From positions 148,490,001-148,554,000 of the forward strand of contig NC_042997.1 in assembly GCF_006345805.1 (NCBI RefSeq): 64,000 nucleotides of DNA. Direction: 5' to 3'. A model generated the notes under the pieces. That model was not told the DNA's origin and did not search any database. It saw only the letters and a list, made by a program, of their open reading frames with translations. The translations under genes and the position numbers were made by a program. Of this stretch, positions 41,346-57,283 are shown in pieces. Source of the stretch: Octopus sinensis. Its lineage: Eukaryota. Numbering within the stretch: position 1 is the stretch's first letter; each line of letters starts with the position of its first letter.

Positions 41346-42730
41346 GACGGAAATAGATATCTGCAAATTGAATATCGTACGGACTGTGTCTACAATATGT
41401 ACGCATTTCCGAAGAAAGTATTAATAACTTCAAGTTGGTAATCAATGTATCAATTTCAACCGCATACTGTTTATATACTTCCCGAAAGTAAAAGTAATTT
41501 TCGTCTTAATTCCCCATAGTGCTATATAAAGAATAGCAACATTAATTTTAATAAATACTTATTTGTTAGTGTTGATATTGTTTTCTATAAATAATTGTTG
41601 CTTCTGTTTACCCCTATAATATTTTTGTGTAAATTGAGTTAATGCTACACTACATATAAGTAAAATAAATCCAAATCAATTGTTTCTTTTGACACATAGA
41701 ATTGTGAAATAATTGAATAATTTCTTTGGAAAAGAAAACAGCAATCGGATACATACAGCTCACTGAACCTAATCAATCAAAATTTTCCTTCATTCACATT
41801 GATGATATATTCACTTCTCTATTTGCATGCTCAATGTCATGTTACTTTTTATACAGTGATAACACTTATGTGAATCTCATGGCATATTAAAAGTAATATC
41901 AAATTTTAATTCAGCAAGCCATGAGGATAATTATTCACGAAAAGGAGCATGGTAATTAAAATTTCATAACTGCATATTTCTCGCTGCAATCACTGCATAT
42001 AATTAATGACATCCCGTGTTAATGTACCTACCATTATTGTAAGCAAACACAAATAAATGCAACCTGTGCAAAATAATTAGGAGGGAAAGACATGGGTCAA
42101 TACTGGAAACGCAAATATTAAAATAAACAACAACCTATTGAGTGTTGCAGCAACTATACGTTCACATGTCAGAGAGGACTGGGGTTATTTCCATCAAATG
42201 AAATGTTTCTGATGTTTTATTGTTTGCTAAAGACAGGAACAAATCATTTATATTGCTATATATGACTTTAAAATTATTTAAAAATCCAAAATATTAAAAT
42301 ATATGCATTCTTTCTACAAATCTAACATACACTCCAATTTGATATTCATTACATAATTCAACAAATGAAAAAAGTATGGCATAATATTCTATTTTGAAAA
42401 GTAATTCTTACGTACTATTTCGGTGTATTGAAGGCAGGCTTTAAAATAAATCAATCGTTAATTTTGAAATTCAAAGAGACCAAGTTATTAGATTTAAATA
42501 TACGACATGGCAGAACACCGCGAACAGATATTTTATTAAAATTTCAATTATATCAAACTATAAATATATAGTTTTGCTACATGATATATAAATTATTGAA
42601 AACTATTATCGGAATAAGAACAAAATATATTTAATAAAATTGTTGTCATAATTAAATAAAATATGAATACAAATTCCTTTGTACGTGTATGTGTATATAT
42701 ATATATATATATACATATATATTCATACCT

Positions 42731-42779
<49 letters not shown>

Positions 42780-42796
42780 CATATCTATTCATACAT

Positions 42797-42900
<104 letters not shown>

Positions 42901-43099
42901 GCGTGCGAATGTATATGCCTATTCAGAGACACATACACACAAATACATATACTTATGTAAACTACTCCAAATGATGTGATCCATAGTATGATCCATGAAG
43001 GTATGATTCTAAGTTATTGTTTTATTCATCGTCATTTGCTATTCCAGCTTTTAGATAAAAAGAAATCGCGCCAAACGCCTGCAATAGATACATACATAT

Positions 43100-43272
43100 T
43101 TACGTTACAAATGCAAACTGTGAGTGGAGCAGTAAAAATATGCAAGACTTTGCTAAAGTTCCAGATGTGAATTTGTCTGTGTTAACTACATCCCAAATAT
43201 TGAGCCTTGTGTTTGTTCGAAAGCGGCTCCCTCTTCAGTGGAAGATGTATAATAATTAAAAAATAAAAGAGG
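43100..43272 (+). mobile_element. Short 3' end of the RLE-type LINE family
   Basis: TLQMQTVSGAVKICKTLLKFQM* matches 13797-13857. Confidence 0.7.
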
Positions 43273-43301
43273 AATATATATATATATATGTATGTGTGTG
43301 T

Positions 43302-44294
<993 letters not shown>

Positions 44295-44349
44295 TTATAT
44301 ATATATATATACATATGTGTGCTTATGTATATGTGTATATATATATATG

Positions 44350-44387
<38 letters not shown>

Positions 44388-44617
44388 CGTACATGCATAT
44401 GTATCTATATCTAAACACATATATATATGGATATATATATACATATATGTGCTTATGTATATATGTATATATATATATGTGTGTATATATATATATACAT
44501 ATATATGTATGTATATATATACATACATATATATATATATACATACATATATATATATACTTATATATATATGAAATCATATATAACTACACATAATAAT
44601 AAAATTACTTACAATAG

Positions 44618-44780
44618 TAGCCCTTTCTATCATAGGTACAAGACCTGCAATTTGGGGAAGGGGGATAATCAATTACATTGGCTCCAGTTTTCAACTTCTA
44701 CTTATTTCATGAACGCCGAATGGAACACAGAACCTAAAGACAGACGAAATGCCGCTATGCATTTTGCTCTACGTCGGAAT
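44618..44780 (-). mobile_element. Decayed SINE family C
   Basis: Similar to 6536-6750. Confidence 0.65.
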
Positions 44781-45310
44781 GATTCTGCCTCCTCGCCACT
44801 TTAATCTAATAATGATAATATTAATAAACAGCTGTCAAGTGAGAGTAAGTTGATTTGTTAACATGTATCAAGCTTTCGCTATATGTTTTTGTCGCGTATG
44901 TCTCAGGCACCTTATCAACCCCACTACAATTTACGGCAATTTCACAAATAGAACATGAGAGCTTGGTTGAATGAGGGAGTGCTGCGCAATATTGAGATGG
45001 TATGCATATTCTGTTGAATAAATTGGTTAATGGTAAAGAAGTGTCTTGATCGCAAGAATATTAACACCTTAATCACACAGCCGTTGCTGACCTGCAACGC
45101 TGGATAGTGTGACATAATGATGTCTAGGTGAGTATCCATTTGGCAGTGTTATTATCTGTAAGACATTTATGTATGTTTACCTATAAGATGGACTTCCACA
45201 CAATTTCCATCAACGAAATGCACTCATAAGCCATATACATACAAACACACACACACACACACACACACACGTTCATACGTACATCCATCCATCCATCCAT
45301 CCAGTCATCC

Positions 45311-45341
<31 letters not shown>

Positions 45342-45358
45342 CAGGTATATAGGTGTAC

Positions 45359-45415
<57 letters not shown>

Positions 45416-45599
45416 TATATATACACGCACATACATGCATATATGAATTTGTATGTATAGATATAAATATATGCAGATATTGTGAGACTGAGAGAGAATG
45501 AGAAATTGAGGGAGAGGTGCAGAGAGAGAGAGGGGGGAGAGAAAGAGAGAGAGACTGGTTTCATGCACTGGACTCCTTGCTAAAATCATCAAGTAAAAG

Positions 45600-46150
45600 T
45601 GCAAGAATTATTGTTCTGACGAAATATCGTATTCCGTTACTTAGAATTATCTCTATTTATGCAAGGTAATATAATATTAGATTATGAATTTTCAAACAGT
45701 TATATTTGATACACATGGTGTTCGAATTATTCTCATAAGTAAGGACGTATTAGATATTGACCTTGTGCTACTTACCCGAAAACTATTATGATTTAACAGA
45801 AATATTAGAATTACATGTCACTCAATATCAATCATGAAACCCAACACTTACCTCAAATGTTTGCAAATTTGATGATAATATTCACTATTCGAATATCTGT
45901 AATATTACATAAACGAACATTTCAACACATCTACTTAAATATCTATATGAATCAGAAATGCTTCACATGTGTAATTATATGCCCTATCAACATTTTGGCC
46001 GTATTCAATTATAGGACATTTTCTCACTGGTATTTTCAACCTATGTATAAAGACGTTTACGTTTCTCTCAAAGCATATGATGCTATGTATTACACAACCC
46101 TGTATAACAGTATGTCGTCTTTATTACCAGTGTATTTTGAGAATAATGCG
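45600..46150 (-). mobile_element. Decayed BEL/Pao RNase H fragment
   Basis: VFIHRL (cf. FVxNRV) followed by Q*ENVL*LNTAK (cf. QWxHVxxxxNPAD). Confidence 0.4.
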
Positions 46151-46175
46151 GTGATAAGACGTTGCAGAAAACGTG

Positions 46176-46219
<44 letters not shown>

Positions 46220-46224
<5 letters not shown>

Positions 46225-47937
46225 TTAGAGATAAAACCACTATTAGCGAATCAAGCAGTGAAAAACATAAACCAAAACATAGAAATAAAATTAATTAATA
46301 AAATATACAAGATATATAAAATACAAAATTCAAAATTTAAATTATTTAAATTTAAAGTTAACATTTAAAAAATTTCTAAATAATTAATTTATACTTATAA
46401 ATTCATATATATATATATATATATATTTTATTGTTTTAATTTTTATTATTATTTGAATTTTTATTTTGAATTTTTTATATTTTTTTATTTTTCATTTTTT
46501 AATTTTTTAAAATTATATATTTATTTGATTTTTAAAAATATATATATAACTATCAAAAAGTATTAAAATGTTTAATATAAGATAAAAAGTAAAACCACAA
46601 CGATCGTTTCATGCCCATAAACCAATTCGAATAACAATAATTTAAATTCAATTAATATTTCGAATTATGGTTATAGTCAATCTTCAGGTTAATGATAATA
46701 TTTAAATAAATAATCAAATATATTTAAACAATATTTTTTAAAGAAATAAATAAAATAATTTTTTTTTCTTATAAAAAACACTATTATCAAACTAGAAACT
46801 TTAACGATTATGATTATGTCATACAATCGATTATAATGTTAAATATTAATTTTTAAGTATTAATTTTTAAGGTAAGAATAGATAGAAACTGTATTTATCT
46901 ATTCAGATATAATATGGCTTAAAAAAACATAAACCCACAAATAATCTAATCTCAATCATAGTCAATATCTAATTACCTAAATATTTAACAAAAAAATCAC
47001 TATTCATATTATTAAATTTAATTTCAATCAAATAATCATATAATATTTGAATAATAACTAAATTATCAATGAATATATATAAATGTATATAAATATAAGA
47101 ATAAAGATCTAAAATTATCTCTATCAATAAATATATATGCACGTATAATAAAGACCTAATAAATTAATTATTCATTATTACTTATAAATATATTAAAAGT
47201 TTAAAGATGAAAAAGCTAATTGTAAACAAACAAACAAACTATCTTAAAATAACTCTATAACTAATTAACGATCTATATATCTCGTTGACTAATTCATAAC
47301 TTACAAAAACCATATAACTAAGAACTAAAATGAAATAATAAAATACTTAATGAAATAATCAATCCGTAGTTATATAGTATCCAATAAATACTACTAATAT
47401 ATTTATCAATGGAAAAATACTACTAGCAATTATCAATTGAAAAAACAAATATATAAATTATAATAGCAATTATAAAATATTTAAAATAACTATCAACAAA
47501 TATAGTTATTAAAGACTAAAGTTTATGCTATCAATACATGTATATACATCAAACCTAACTTTAAAAAACTCTTTCTTTTTCCGTTAAGACTTTTCTGGTG
47601 TTTCCTTCATTTTTTGCACTGATGAGAATGGTAATATACAATTAAATTAATTATAATTTATTTAATCTCTTACACGTTTCTTACATGTTGTAGTTACCAT
47701 TTGCAACGATCGTATGCATGGATTAAAATGTTATCAAAAATTTTAACGTCTCTTCCCCATATTTAATTGTTTGTTGACTTTATATAGGATTGTGTTCTAT
47801 TAATGCTCATAATACACCTTATACATGAAACTGTTCATATTTTTAATGAAATACTTGCAATAGCAAGCTACACATTTAATATGAAAAACCTTTATTTCAA
47901 ATCAAACTTTGGACACCACCAAGTAAAACTGTTCAAA

Positions 47938-47943
<6 letters not shown>
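46220..47943 (+). mobile_element. Extremely AT-rich decayed Penelope-like element flanked by (TA)n
   Basis: YGLKKHKP at about 46913 (cf. YGLPKxHK); hammerhead-like motifs at 46595-46692 (-) and 47615-47718 (+). Confidence 0.6.
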
Positions 47944-48027
<84 letters not shown>

Positions 48028-48119
48028 TGTATGTATGTATGTATGTATGTATGTATGTACGTATGTACATATGTGTGTGAGTGTGTGTGTGTATGTGTGT
48101 TTGTGCAGAATTGTAGAAT

Positions 48120-48470
48120 GAATGATGGTAACATTTGTATGGCGAGCAAGAAGATGGTAGGAGACCAGCATATAAACCGAAAATGATGTTCAACGACTGT
48201 CCCACAATTGCTCTGACTCAGACAGGAGTTTCAGTTGTTGACTGGGAGAGAGAGGCACAAGCCGATATGGATGGGCGAAGAGAGAGCACAGTGGTTGTTC
48301 GGGGTTTTAAAGAGAGAAAATGCAGCAAGAAAAGACTAAGAGAAGGCTTAGAAGGAATGTATCTGTGGAAAATGAGGGAGTGTTTTGATTTGGGTGTGTG
48401 ATTTTTGAGAGGAGATGCTTGAGTCGTGCGGGCATGGTCATCCGTCAGGGAACTCACGGGAATCGACCCG
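48120..48470 (+). mobile_element. RTE-clade LINE 3' fragment
   Basis: YGEQEDGRRPAYKPKMMFND..DWEREA followed by RRCLSRAG..GTH (C-terminal Zn-finger-like). Confidence 0.75.
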
Positions 48471-48925
48471 TGGTAAATTGTGATAAAGCTATTTTTCGAA
48501 ACAGAACATGTGCAACTCAAAAGAGTTCATACTGTGTCACCTGCTCCTCCTGCCAGCCAGCACAGCTGTGCATTAGGAAATAGAATGTGCAAATCTTTCG
48601 CCGAGCTCAAGACTTATACAAGGGCCTCTCATTGCATCAACAATGACTCATTTCAGTAATTCTCTCTAGCAATGGTTTTGCTCGCACACGGGAAAGCAGC
48701 AAAAAGAGAGAAAATTATGTGCAGAGATATATGTTTTTTAATGTATGTATTCCTATGCTTGAAGTTGCGTATCTTGAGGTTCTCATATATACTTAAATGA
48801 TAAAATTCTGCAAAGTTTTACAAATTTTAATATTTCCAGTGATGACGTGGATCTGTAGCTTTCTAATCAGCTTCTCCTTTCTGGTTTTCAGACGTCTGAT
48901 TTCTCATTATTGGTAATTAGGAATA

Positions 48926-49298
48926 AGTGGAGGCGCAATGTCCCAGTGGTTAGGGCAGCGGACTCGCGGTCATAGGATCGCGGTTTCGATTCCCAGACCG
49001 GGCGTTGTGAGTGTTTATTGAGCGAAAACACCTAAAGCTCCACGAGGCTCCGGCAGGGGATGGTGGTAATACCTGCTGTACTCTTTCACCACAACTTTCT
49101 CTCACTCTTACTTCCTGTTTCTGTTGTACCTGTATTTCAAAGGGCCGGCCTTGTCACTCTCTGTGTCACGCTGAATCTCCCCGAGAACTACGTTATGGGT
49201 ACACTTGTCTGTGGAGTGCTCGTTGATTTCACGAGCAGGCTGTTCCGTTGATTCGGATCAACCGGAATCCTCGTCGTCGTAACCGACGGAGTGCTTCC
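48926..49298 (+). mobile_element. Full-length SINE family A with an 11-bp TSD
   Basis: tRNA-like head; TSD AATTAGGAATA at 48915-48925 and 49299-49309. Confidence 0.92.
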
Positions 49299-51045
49299 AA
49301 TTAGGAATATCACAGTGCTCCCAAAATTACGGGTATAAACCTGAGCTCGTAATCTGGATAGAGTAACTGTAGTTTTCTCAATAGTTCAGCATAAGTATTT
49401 TCTTTTTGTCTGATCTTTATCGTTATTTTAACATCCGCTGAACAGCTGATTTCCTCTAGTGTCTACATTTTCTCTTCCATATCCGAAATATCTATGTCAG
49501 GTCTATTATATTTACATTTTATTGAGGTTTTCACTGGAACATTCCACCAGTAATCCTTTTCTATTATGAGTGGCTACGTGTGTATGAATGCATGTATACA
49601 TGTATGTATATGTAGGTATGAATGTAAGTATGTGTATTGCTATATTTCACTACTTTAATCATAATCCGGTTAAGTTCAAAACTACATTCTGCAGTGCAGT
49701 TATTTCTTGCAAGACGAGTACGTACGTAATGGCTATCTTGTTTGCGGTCTAAACAACTACGTGTGTGTTTTTCTACATAGGCGCGTGTTGTGTGAGTGTG
49801 TTTGTGAGATTTTTGCATGTGAGTGTGAGTATGTGTGTATGAGTGTGTATGAGTGAGTGATTGTGTGATGTGTATATCTTTGTAACTGAAATTACCAAAG
49901 ATATTTGCTAAGAAATTCTTATGGCATTTACTATAAAATAGTGGATAACATCGGAAATGGAATTTAGCCGATACTTGAACTCAGCCTTTCGATGAAAGGT
50001 GGCCGAAATAATGAGTCCTAGAATAAGAACAAGAGTCGATTCAATTGATTAAAACCTTTGAAATCGGTACTTTATCTTAGATGTACAATTACTAACATAA
50101 GAATAAATGGAAGCATATACTACTTTGAAACTGCATATATTAAATAATGCTTGAGGCGAAACTTACTTCCTCTATTTGTTAAGCTCCATATTGATGCTGC
50201 ACCTATTTTTCTGAGAACATGGTATTTCTTTTGAGGGTATTTTGATTCATGTTTCATTTAAGTATTTGCATACAAAGAACTTGGTGCAAACAGTTTACAC
50301 AGCCTATAAAAAAACAAGATATATGTGTGTGCGTATGTGCTTATGCGTGTCTGTGCGTGCATGCTTATGTGCATGTGTTTGTCTTTGAGTGTGTGTGTGT
50401 TTGTGTGTGTTTGTGATAATTTATGGTTTAACAGAAATTGTTAATAGTTATAACAGATCAAATACACAATCACTTCCTTTAACACTTTAAAACATAAAAT
50501 ATGTTTACAATGTTATTTATATTTTCTCTTTTTTCACCTTTTTTTGCTTCCCGAAAAAGGATAAGACGCAAAGGATTTTCATTGTATTTTTCTGCAGGGT
50601 ATCTGAAGATACACCACTAATCATAAGTGAATTTATCGATTGAAACATGAAAAGAAAATTATTTGCACACATTTTGGACGTATTCGGTATGCAGTGCGGA
50701 ATAGAAGACAAGAAGCAATTTCCTTTGGGATGTTTGCCATCGATACATAAAATTATCGATATTATAAAATAATCCAAACAAATCTGTGCAGCACGAAACG
50801 CGAAAAGCATAAGTAAATTACATATAATATTATCAGTTCCATATCTTAAGCTATAAGCTCATTCATTATTCTTGCTCTAATGGAATTTTCTTCACACAAA
50901 ATACACAGAAAATCAGCGAAACGAACTTCTGAGGAAATCATATTAGGGTTGCTTTGTATATATTTCTGTCTATCTTTTAATGTTATCAAACTATATGCAT
51001 GTATGTATGTATGTACGTATGTATGTATGTATGTATGTATGTATG

Positions 51046-51123
<78 letters not shown>

Positions 51124-51437
51124 TATATATACATATATATATCGCTATTCAGTACTCTACTTTACTGAATAGCACAAGACCATAAATTGTGTGCGTGTAT
51201 GTATGTATGTATGTATGTATGTATGTATGTACGTATGTATGTATGTATGCAAGTATTTATGTATATATATGTATATATATGCATATATATATATATATAT
51301 ACATAAATATGAATATATTAACAAATATATATGTATACATTTACATATATATATATATGTATATATATGTACATATTTATAATATATACATATATCATAT
51401 ATACATAATCACATATATACTTACACACATGTACAGA

Positions 51438-51531
<94 letters not shown>

Positions 51532-52085
51532 GAATACATATGTTGTAAATTATATTTTACTTATTATTGCTCTAACTTTCCCTGTTATTGATTTTATATG
51601 ATTCAGTAAATCTGAAATGACAAATAGAGAATTTCAGTTGAACATTATAATTACACACTTCAATACTTTTCATTGTGTGATGAGTAGAAGGTTTCCCAAT
51701 GGATGGTAATTATTATAAACAATAATAAACAATGGCAACTGCTCTTAATTTCTGCCATCTTGAAATGAAATCAAAATAATTCAATTGTATTCCTTTAATT
51801 TTGTATGGATTTATATCTGATTTTAACATCAAATATAAAGATTTTTTTTATTTGTTAGATCCAGTATTTTACAATCGTTCATTAAATATATAATCTGTTG
51901 GAAGTCTTCTAGTGTGCAATCTTTTAAAACATTGAAACAATTATCTTGTAGGCGTATAGATGTAACATTTAAAATATTATTAGCTATTTTACTCTTCGCA
52001 GAACGTGATGTAAAATTATGAAATGCATATTATTATACGTTCTGAGTAGTTTTCTTTTAGTATACGTGTTTTTTTTTGCATGCAC

Positions 52086-52165
<80 letters not shown>

Positions 52166-54220
52166 ATATATATATAGATCCCCACTTAAAAGTGGAAATT
52201 GCCCGAAAATAGATTGCTGCAATAGTTACCATGAAGGAACCTCTCATTTACACTTTTGGTGCTTATATGCACTCTTGCACACATCATTAGCGGGAAATAT
52301 ATCAACTGTCATAGCTGCCTACTACTTCTGTTGTTATCAATTATATATATCAAGTGGAATTTAATAATGATACTTGCAATATAATAGTGATTGGACAATT
52401 TATATCGTCGTCATATATGATTTTTAGAAAACTATTTTACAACACTTCATTAACTTTACAACAAAGATAGTCTTGAATGAATGTCTTGTTGTAGCCTTTT
52501 AATTAATGCATTATAAATTAGCTACATAGTTTAATCAAATAAAAATTTACATTTTAATTAGTATTGTATTTCTCAATTTGAAGCACATAACATAGCTTTC
52601 TTATAATAAGGACTATACGCTTTCTATTTTCTAGTTAAATCTCACCAAATATATATAGAAAAATGTTTTCATTATATTTTATCTGAACACTCTTATCACA
52701 TACATGCACACAGTTTGAAAACGTAATTTACAGAACCTACTTAACAACTTTATATATCAGTATGACGAAATCTCTATTAGTAGTTGTCACAGAGATCCAA
52801 ATGAATGTCCTCTAAATTCATAGTATAAGCGAACGATAAATTTAATTGATATTAATTTTATAAAATAATTTTATCTGATGATAAAGAACATGTAAGAAAG
52901 GACATTTTGAGAAGAAAAGTACAATCGCTTTTGGGGTATATATTTTTGCCTATAAATTTATGGATATTCAGTTGGATATTTTATGCCAAATTCAAGCGAA
53001 TGTACTTTTACAATTTCATAATTGCAGTGGTTGTACTCCCAAGAGAAATAATTGAACGTTTAGTCTATATTCCTTCTTGTATATCACGCTAATATAACAT
53101 AGCTATGTGAACTTATTATTCGCCAGCATATCTATCAATACTAAATAACACTTCACCAAAAGTATGAGTTGTACAGAAGAGACAAATACATCAATACAGT
53201 GAATGAAGTAAAATTGCCTGAACTCTCATAGAAAAGTTACTTTGTTTATCAGAAATAATTGTTTGGATTTGAAAAACAGGTGGAGTTCGACAGGACTGAA
53301 AGAAGAATTCTTAAACTATATAAAGTTAGGCATGTAGTATCGATCAAAGCTTTGTTCAAAGAAATCTGATCTACATGTAATAGCGTTGAACAATATAAAT
53401 GCAGTATTATTGATTATTACTAACATCGAGGGAATTTGATCTTCTATAATCTTAAATCATAGCTGGCAGTCTTTTCAAATTAACCTACGGCAGTTTATAT
53501 CTAAATTCTTCACCAAGGTATTGAAATTCCCAAATGAAAGAAAGCATGAAACGAAACCATTTACAATTGTGTTTCAGTATTGCTAGTTCTAATATGAGTA
53601 CGATAATTTCAAGCGTGCAATTGGTTTCAAATTTAGTATTTATCGCATGCTCTTCTCTGTTATATATGGTTCATACACGTCAGAAAATATTTATGATTGG
53701 TACTGTATATAGGTATGGTATAGACATGAAATATTTAAAGAGAAATATAAGGATGAGCTCCAATTGCAACTATTCAGGTACAACATATTCAGAGAATCGT
53801 GAAGAAGGAAAAGTAGTGAAGCAATGCAGTGAAAGGTTTGAACATCATTTGCTGATAATTCATATCTCCTGTGAATATATCTGTATGCGCATATATATGT
53901 ATGCAAAATAATGCATAATCAAATACGACTGCATATGTGGAAGTGCTTTCTAATCGTTTACGAGAGACTTTGTTCATGTTTGAAAGTTACCATAGAAGCG
54001 ACGGTAACAATTTACATTCGCATGCAAAATATAGAGTACAATGCATTTTTTAATATATAAACATTTTCACTCACCGTAGACGTATATGTGCGCGCATCTT
54101 CAGTTTTATATACATACATTATACATACCGACATATCTCTCTCCATATATGTGTGTGTGTATGTGTGTATGTGTATATGTGTGTGTGTCTGTGTGTATGT
54201 GTCTCTGTGTGCGTGTGTGA

Positions 54221-54275
<55 letters not shown>

Positions 54276-54448
54276 GAGACAGAGTTAGAGAAAGAGACAT
54301 ATAGATGAATAAATAGATATAGCGATATAAATATACATATAACATATACACATGAATAGATAAGTGTCTCTTTCTCTCTCTCTCTGTGTCTCTCTCCCTC
54401 TGTCTCTCTCCCTCCCTCTCTCTCTCCCCCCTCTCACCCCCCTATCTC

Positions 54449-54482
<34 letters not shown>

Positions 54483-54484
<2 letters not shown>

Positions 54485-54689
54485 GCGGAGAAAATCCCTG
54501 GAGAAGGACATCATGCTCGGAATGGTCAGTGGCTAGAGAGGACGAGGCCGACCGAGAACCCGCTGACTTGACACCATCAAGAGTGATACCGGAATGGACA
54601 TAGCCAATCTGAAAGAAGCGGCCCAGGATAGAACTGACTGGAGGACACTGATCCAACGAGTAACTGAGGGTCGACTTCGACTGAGACGA
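54483..54689 (+). mobile_element. RTE/BovB-like LINE 3' end within (TA)n
   Basis: MRRKSLEKDIMLGMVSG*RGRGRPRTR*LDTIKSDTG..AAQDRTDWR. Confidence 0.9.
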
Positions 54690-55169
54690 TATATATATAT
54701 ATATATAAAAACAATAATCATACGTACATTCTTTTATACAGACGCTTTTATGCATCTGTAGATATGGTATGCAGTAATTAAAATATTACATGATATAAAA
54801 TTAAATAGGAAATATAGAGCTCGGAGTAACCGTCTGCATATGTATGAACTCTTCTATTTTTAATTAATTGAACTCTTCTTTCTTTCGCATTCAGATTTCT
54901 TTGTCACATGTATTGCTTCTTTATTCACATTGTTTTGAATCACACATCATTTTATGTCTTGAAGATTTAAATACTGTATTTGTGTATATTTAAAATGTCA
55001 TTTTAGGGCAGGTCTAAGAGTTTGGATCTGGTTAGTTTTAACATAAAACAGGCCGAATATTTAGGCCGAATATGACCTGATTAAATGTTAAAGGGTTAAA
55101 GCATTAGCTGCTTACTATCAAAGACACGAAATTTCTATAGCTGGAATGAAGCAAATTCACATTTCAAAG

Positions 55170-55430
55170 TTTAGAAATGCCTTACTTATGTTTCACATTG
55201 TCCATGTATTGTGCGCTTTAGCTGGTTGATTTCTTTTTCTGAAACCTTCAGTTTATCCATATCGTTTCCCAACCATTTACACACAAGGTCCTGTGCACCA
55301 ATTATTATTGGCATAAAAGAAAATTTATAATCGTGGTATAGAGGCTGCAGTTTTCGAATTAGTGGTCTGTAGTTATCCCCTTTCTCTTTAATTTTCGAAG
55401 TGACATTCACATCAGCAAGGCAGCTATTTT
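55170..55430 (-). mobile_element. RLE-type LINE 3' fragment
   Basis: ORF 55186-55410 (KIKEKGDNYRPLIRKLQPLYHDYKFSFMPIIIGA) matches 13620-13740. Confidence 0.8.
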
Positions 55431-55561
55431 ATATGCATTATATGCAAATAAATGTGCCTGTGTTTCTGTGTATGCGTATATATCGGTATATTTAGCTATC
55501 CATCCATCCATCCATCAATCCATCCACCCATCCATCCATCCATCCATCCATCCATCCATCC

Positions 55562-55615
<54 letters not shown>

Positions 55616-55749
55616 ATCTTTTATTATTTTATGAAGTTGATGAATGTAGGTCACGAGATATGTATGCATGTATATAGGCGTGCGTGTGTGTGTGTGTGTA
55701 TGCGTGTGTGCGCGTGTATCTGCTGAAATCTCCTTTGAATGTGGTAGAT

Positions 55750-56245
55750 GGGAACGATGACCTCGCTTGCAAATGCTATACGGACACAAACTGTGTATCG
55801 ATAGCCAGCTGGAAAAGATGTTTTCCTAGGCTAAAACTACAGTAACATCGTACTTTATAGGACTGCCACATTATGTTGGCATAGAAACATTACTATCCGG
55901 TACTGTTACTGTATATCTCTCGACCAGAGATTTAAAGCAAGTTTTTCTCTATACCAGATCAGCGACTGCGTGTCACTTAGAAAATATATAGTATTTGCAA
56001 TTGGATAGAACTTTCGTCACTAGCTTGTGGTTGTCTCACACTGAAGAAAGATAACATTCAGAAACCTAAGTCTATGAATACCACGTAAGGCTAGATTTGG
56101 GAGCGATGACTTCCCTTGCAAATGCTAAACAGACACAAACTGTATGTCATAGCCAGATGGAAAATATATTTTCCTGGGGCTAAAACAACAGTAATATCGT
56201 CGTTTATAGGACTGCCACATTCTGTTTGCATATAAACGTTACTAT
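55750..56245 (+). repeat. ~1.4 tandem copies of a ~348-bp unit containing a decayed hammerhead motif
   Basis: 55750-55896 resembles 56099-56245; TCACA-CTGAAGA..GAAA-CCTAAG-TC-TATGA at 56036-56077. Confidence 0.75.
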
Positions 56246-57078
56246 ACTGCTTTAGTTTTCTGTAGAAAAATTAAGTCGAGAGCAAATGTATATGCCTAAT
56301 ACCAGTGGTGACTAAAGTAAACTGGCAATGGTGATGTATTAGAAATAGCGACAAACAGTGAGCCATTGAGAAAGTATTCTGCGCCACAGACTTTCCCACT
56401 TCACTCACACCCGTCAAATCTTATGACAATCAGCTTCGTATGTTTTCTTTCATAGCTCAGTAAAATAACCTGAATAAATACGCTATATTCTGCTGACAAA
56501 AGTAATTCGTCTCCTACCTGCTTCGGAACCAATGATATCTTCACGAGAAGATAATTCCAGCGATTATGTCGTTGGAATTTTTACACGTAACAATGACGCT
56601 TACGAGTGCATAGATACTCTACAAAGCTGAAATTATATTTCATATAAAAAAAGTAATTTCTTAGAATTATTTAAAATAAGATAATAAGTTCTCTAAAAGT
56701 TGGTGAGCATTAATTCAATTATTTCTATTGTTATTTTGGTGTAAAAATACGTCATATATATATAATGAAAATATAACGAAAATACTTTCATTTTAAAGAT
56801 ATGTCACTTGTGTCGTGAAAGTAGGAAATTGCTAAAATTACATCTAGAGATGTTTTTTCCTTATCTTCTAAGTATGTGTACTACGAACGTTCGTCAATGA
56901 ACATATTTTATCGAACGCATTTTAAATTACTGTGGCGTATCTTCTATGGATACATATATATACAGTCGCTCGCGCGCACGTACACATAGGCTCACACCCA
57001 TAAATATACATATACATATATTTTTGTGCATATAAGTATTTAAGATTATACATATTTGTATATACATACACACACACA

Positions 57079-57135
<57 letters not shown>

Positions 57136-57138
<3 letters not shown>

Positions 57139-57283
57139 TTTTCTACTCTAGGCACAAGGCCCGAAATGTTTGGAGATGGAGCCAGTCGATTACATCAAAC
57201 CCTGTACGCAACTGGTACTTAATTTATCGACCCCGAAAGGATGAATGGCAAAGTCGACCTCAGCGTAATTTGAACTCAGAACG
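57136..57283 (-). mobile_element. 5'-truncated SINE family C
   Basis: TTTATCGACCCCGAAAGGATGAA core. Confidence 0.85.

Larger units (their letters stand above)
52900..56600 (+). mobile_element. Decayed BEL/Pao pol (RT to RNase H), split by younger TEs
   Basis: EVKLP and YIKLGM (53200-53335); LCFSIASS..LYM..RMSSN (ORF 53534-53911); KSRA (about 56273); SREDNSSD (about 56541, cf. SxxNPAD). Confidence 0.5.

Noticed and set aside
43195-43250. CUGAAGA motif on the minus strand as another hammerhead (similar weak cases near 9547 and 16882)
   Set aside because: The GAAA core or stems are missing, so it is too degenerate to call.
46220-47600. Possible mitochondrial insertion (NUMT), given the extreme AT content
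   Set aside because: No mitochondrial gene, tRNA or rRNA motifs; Penelope RT and hammerhead motifs explain it better.
48929-49000. tRNA gene candidates (also at 9955-10027, 13886, 30288 and 58748)
   Set aside because: No closed acceptor stem; each continues into SINE body sequence, some with TSDs.
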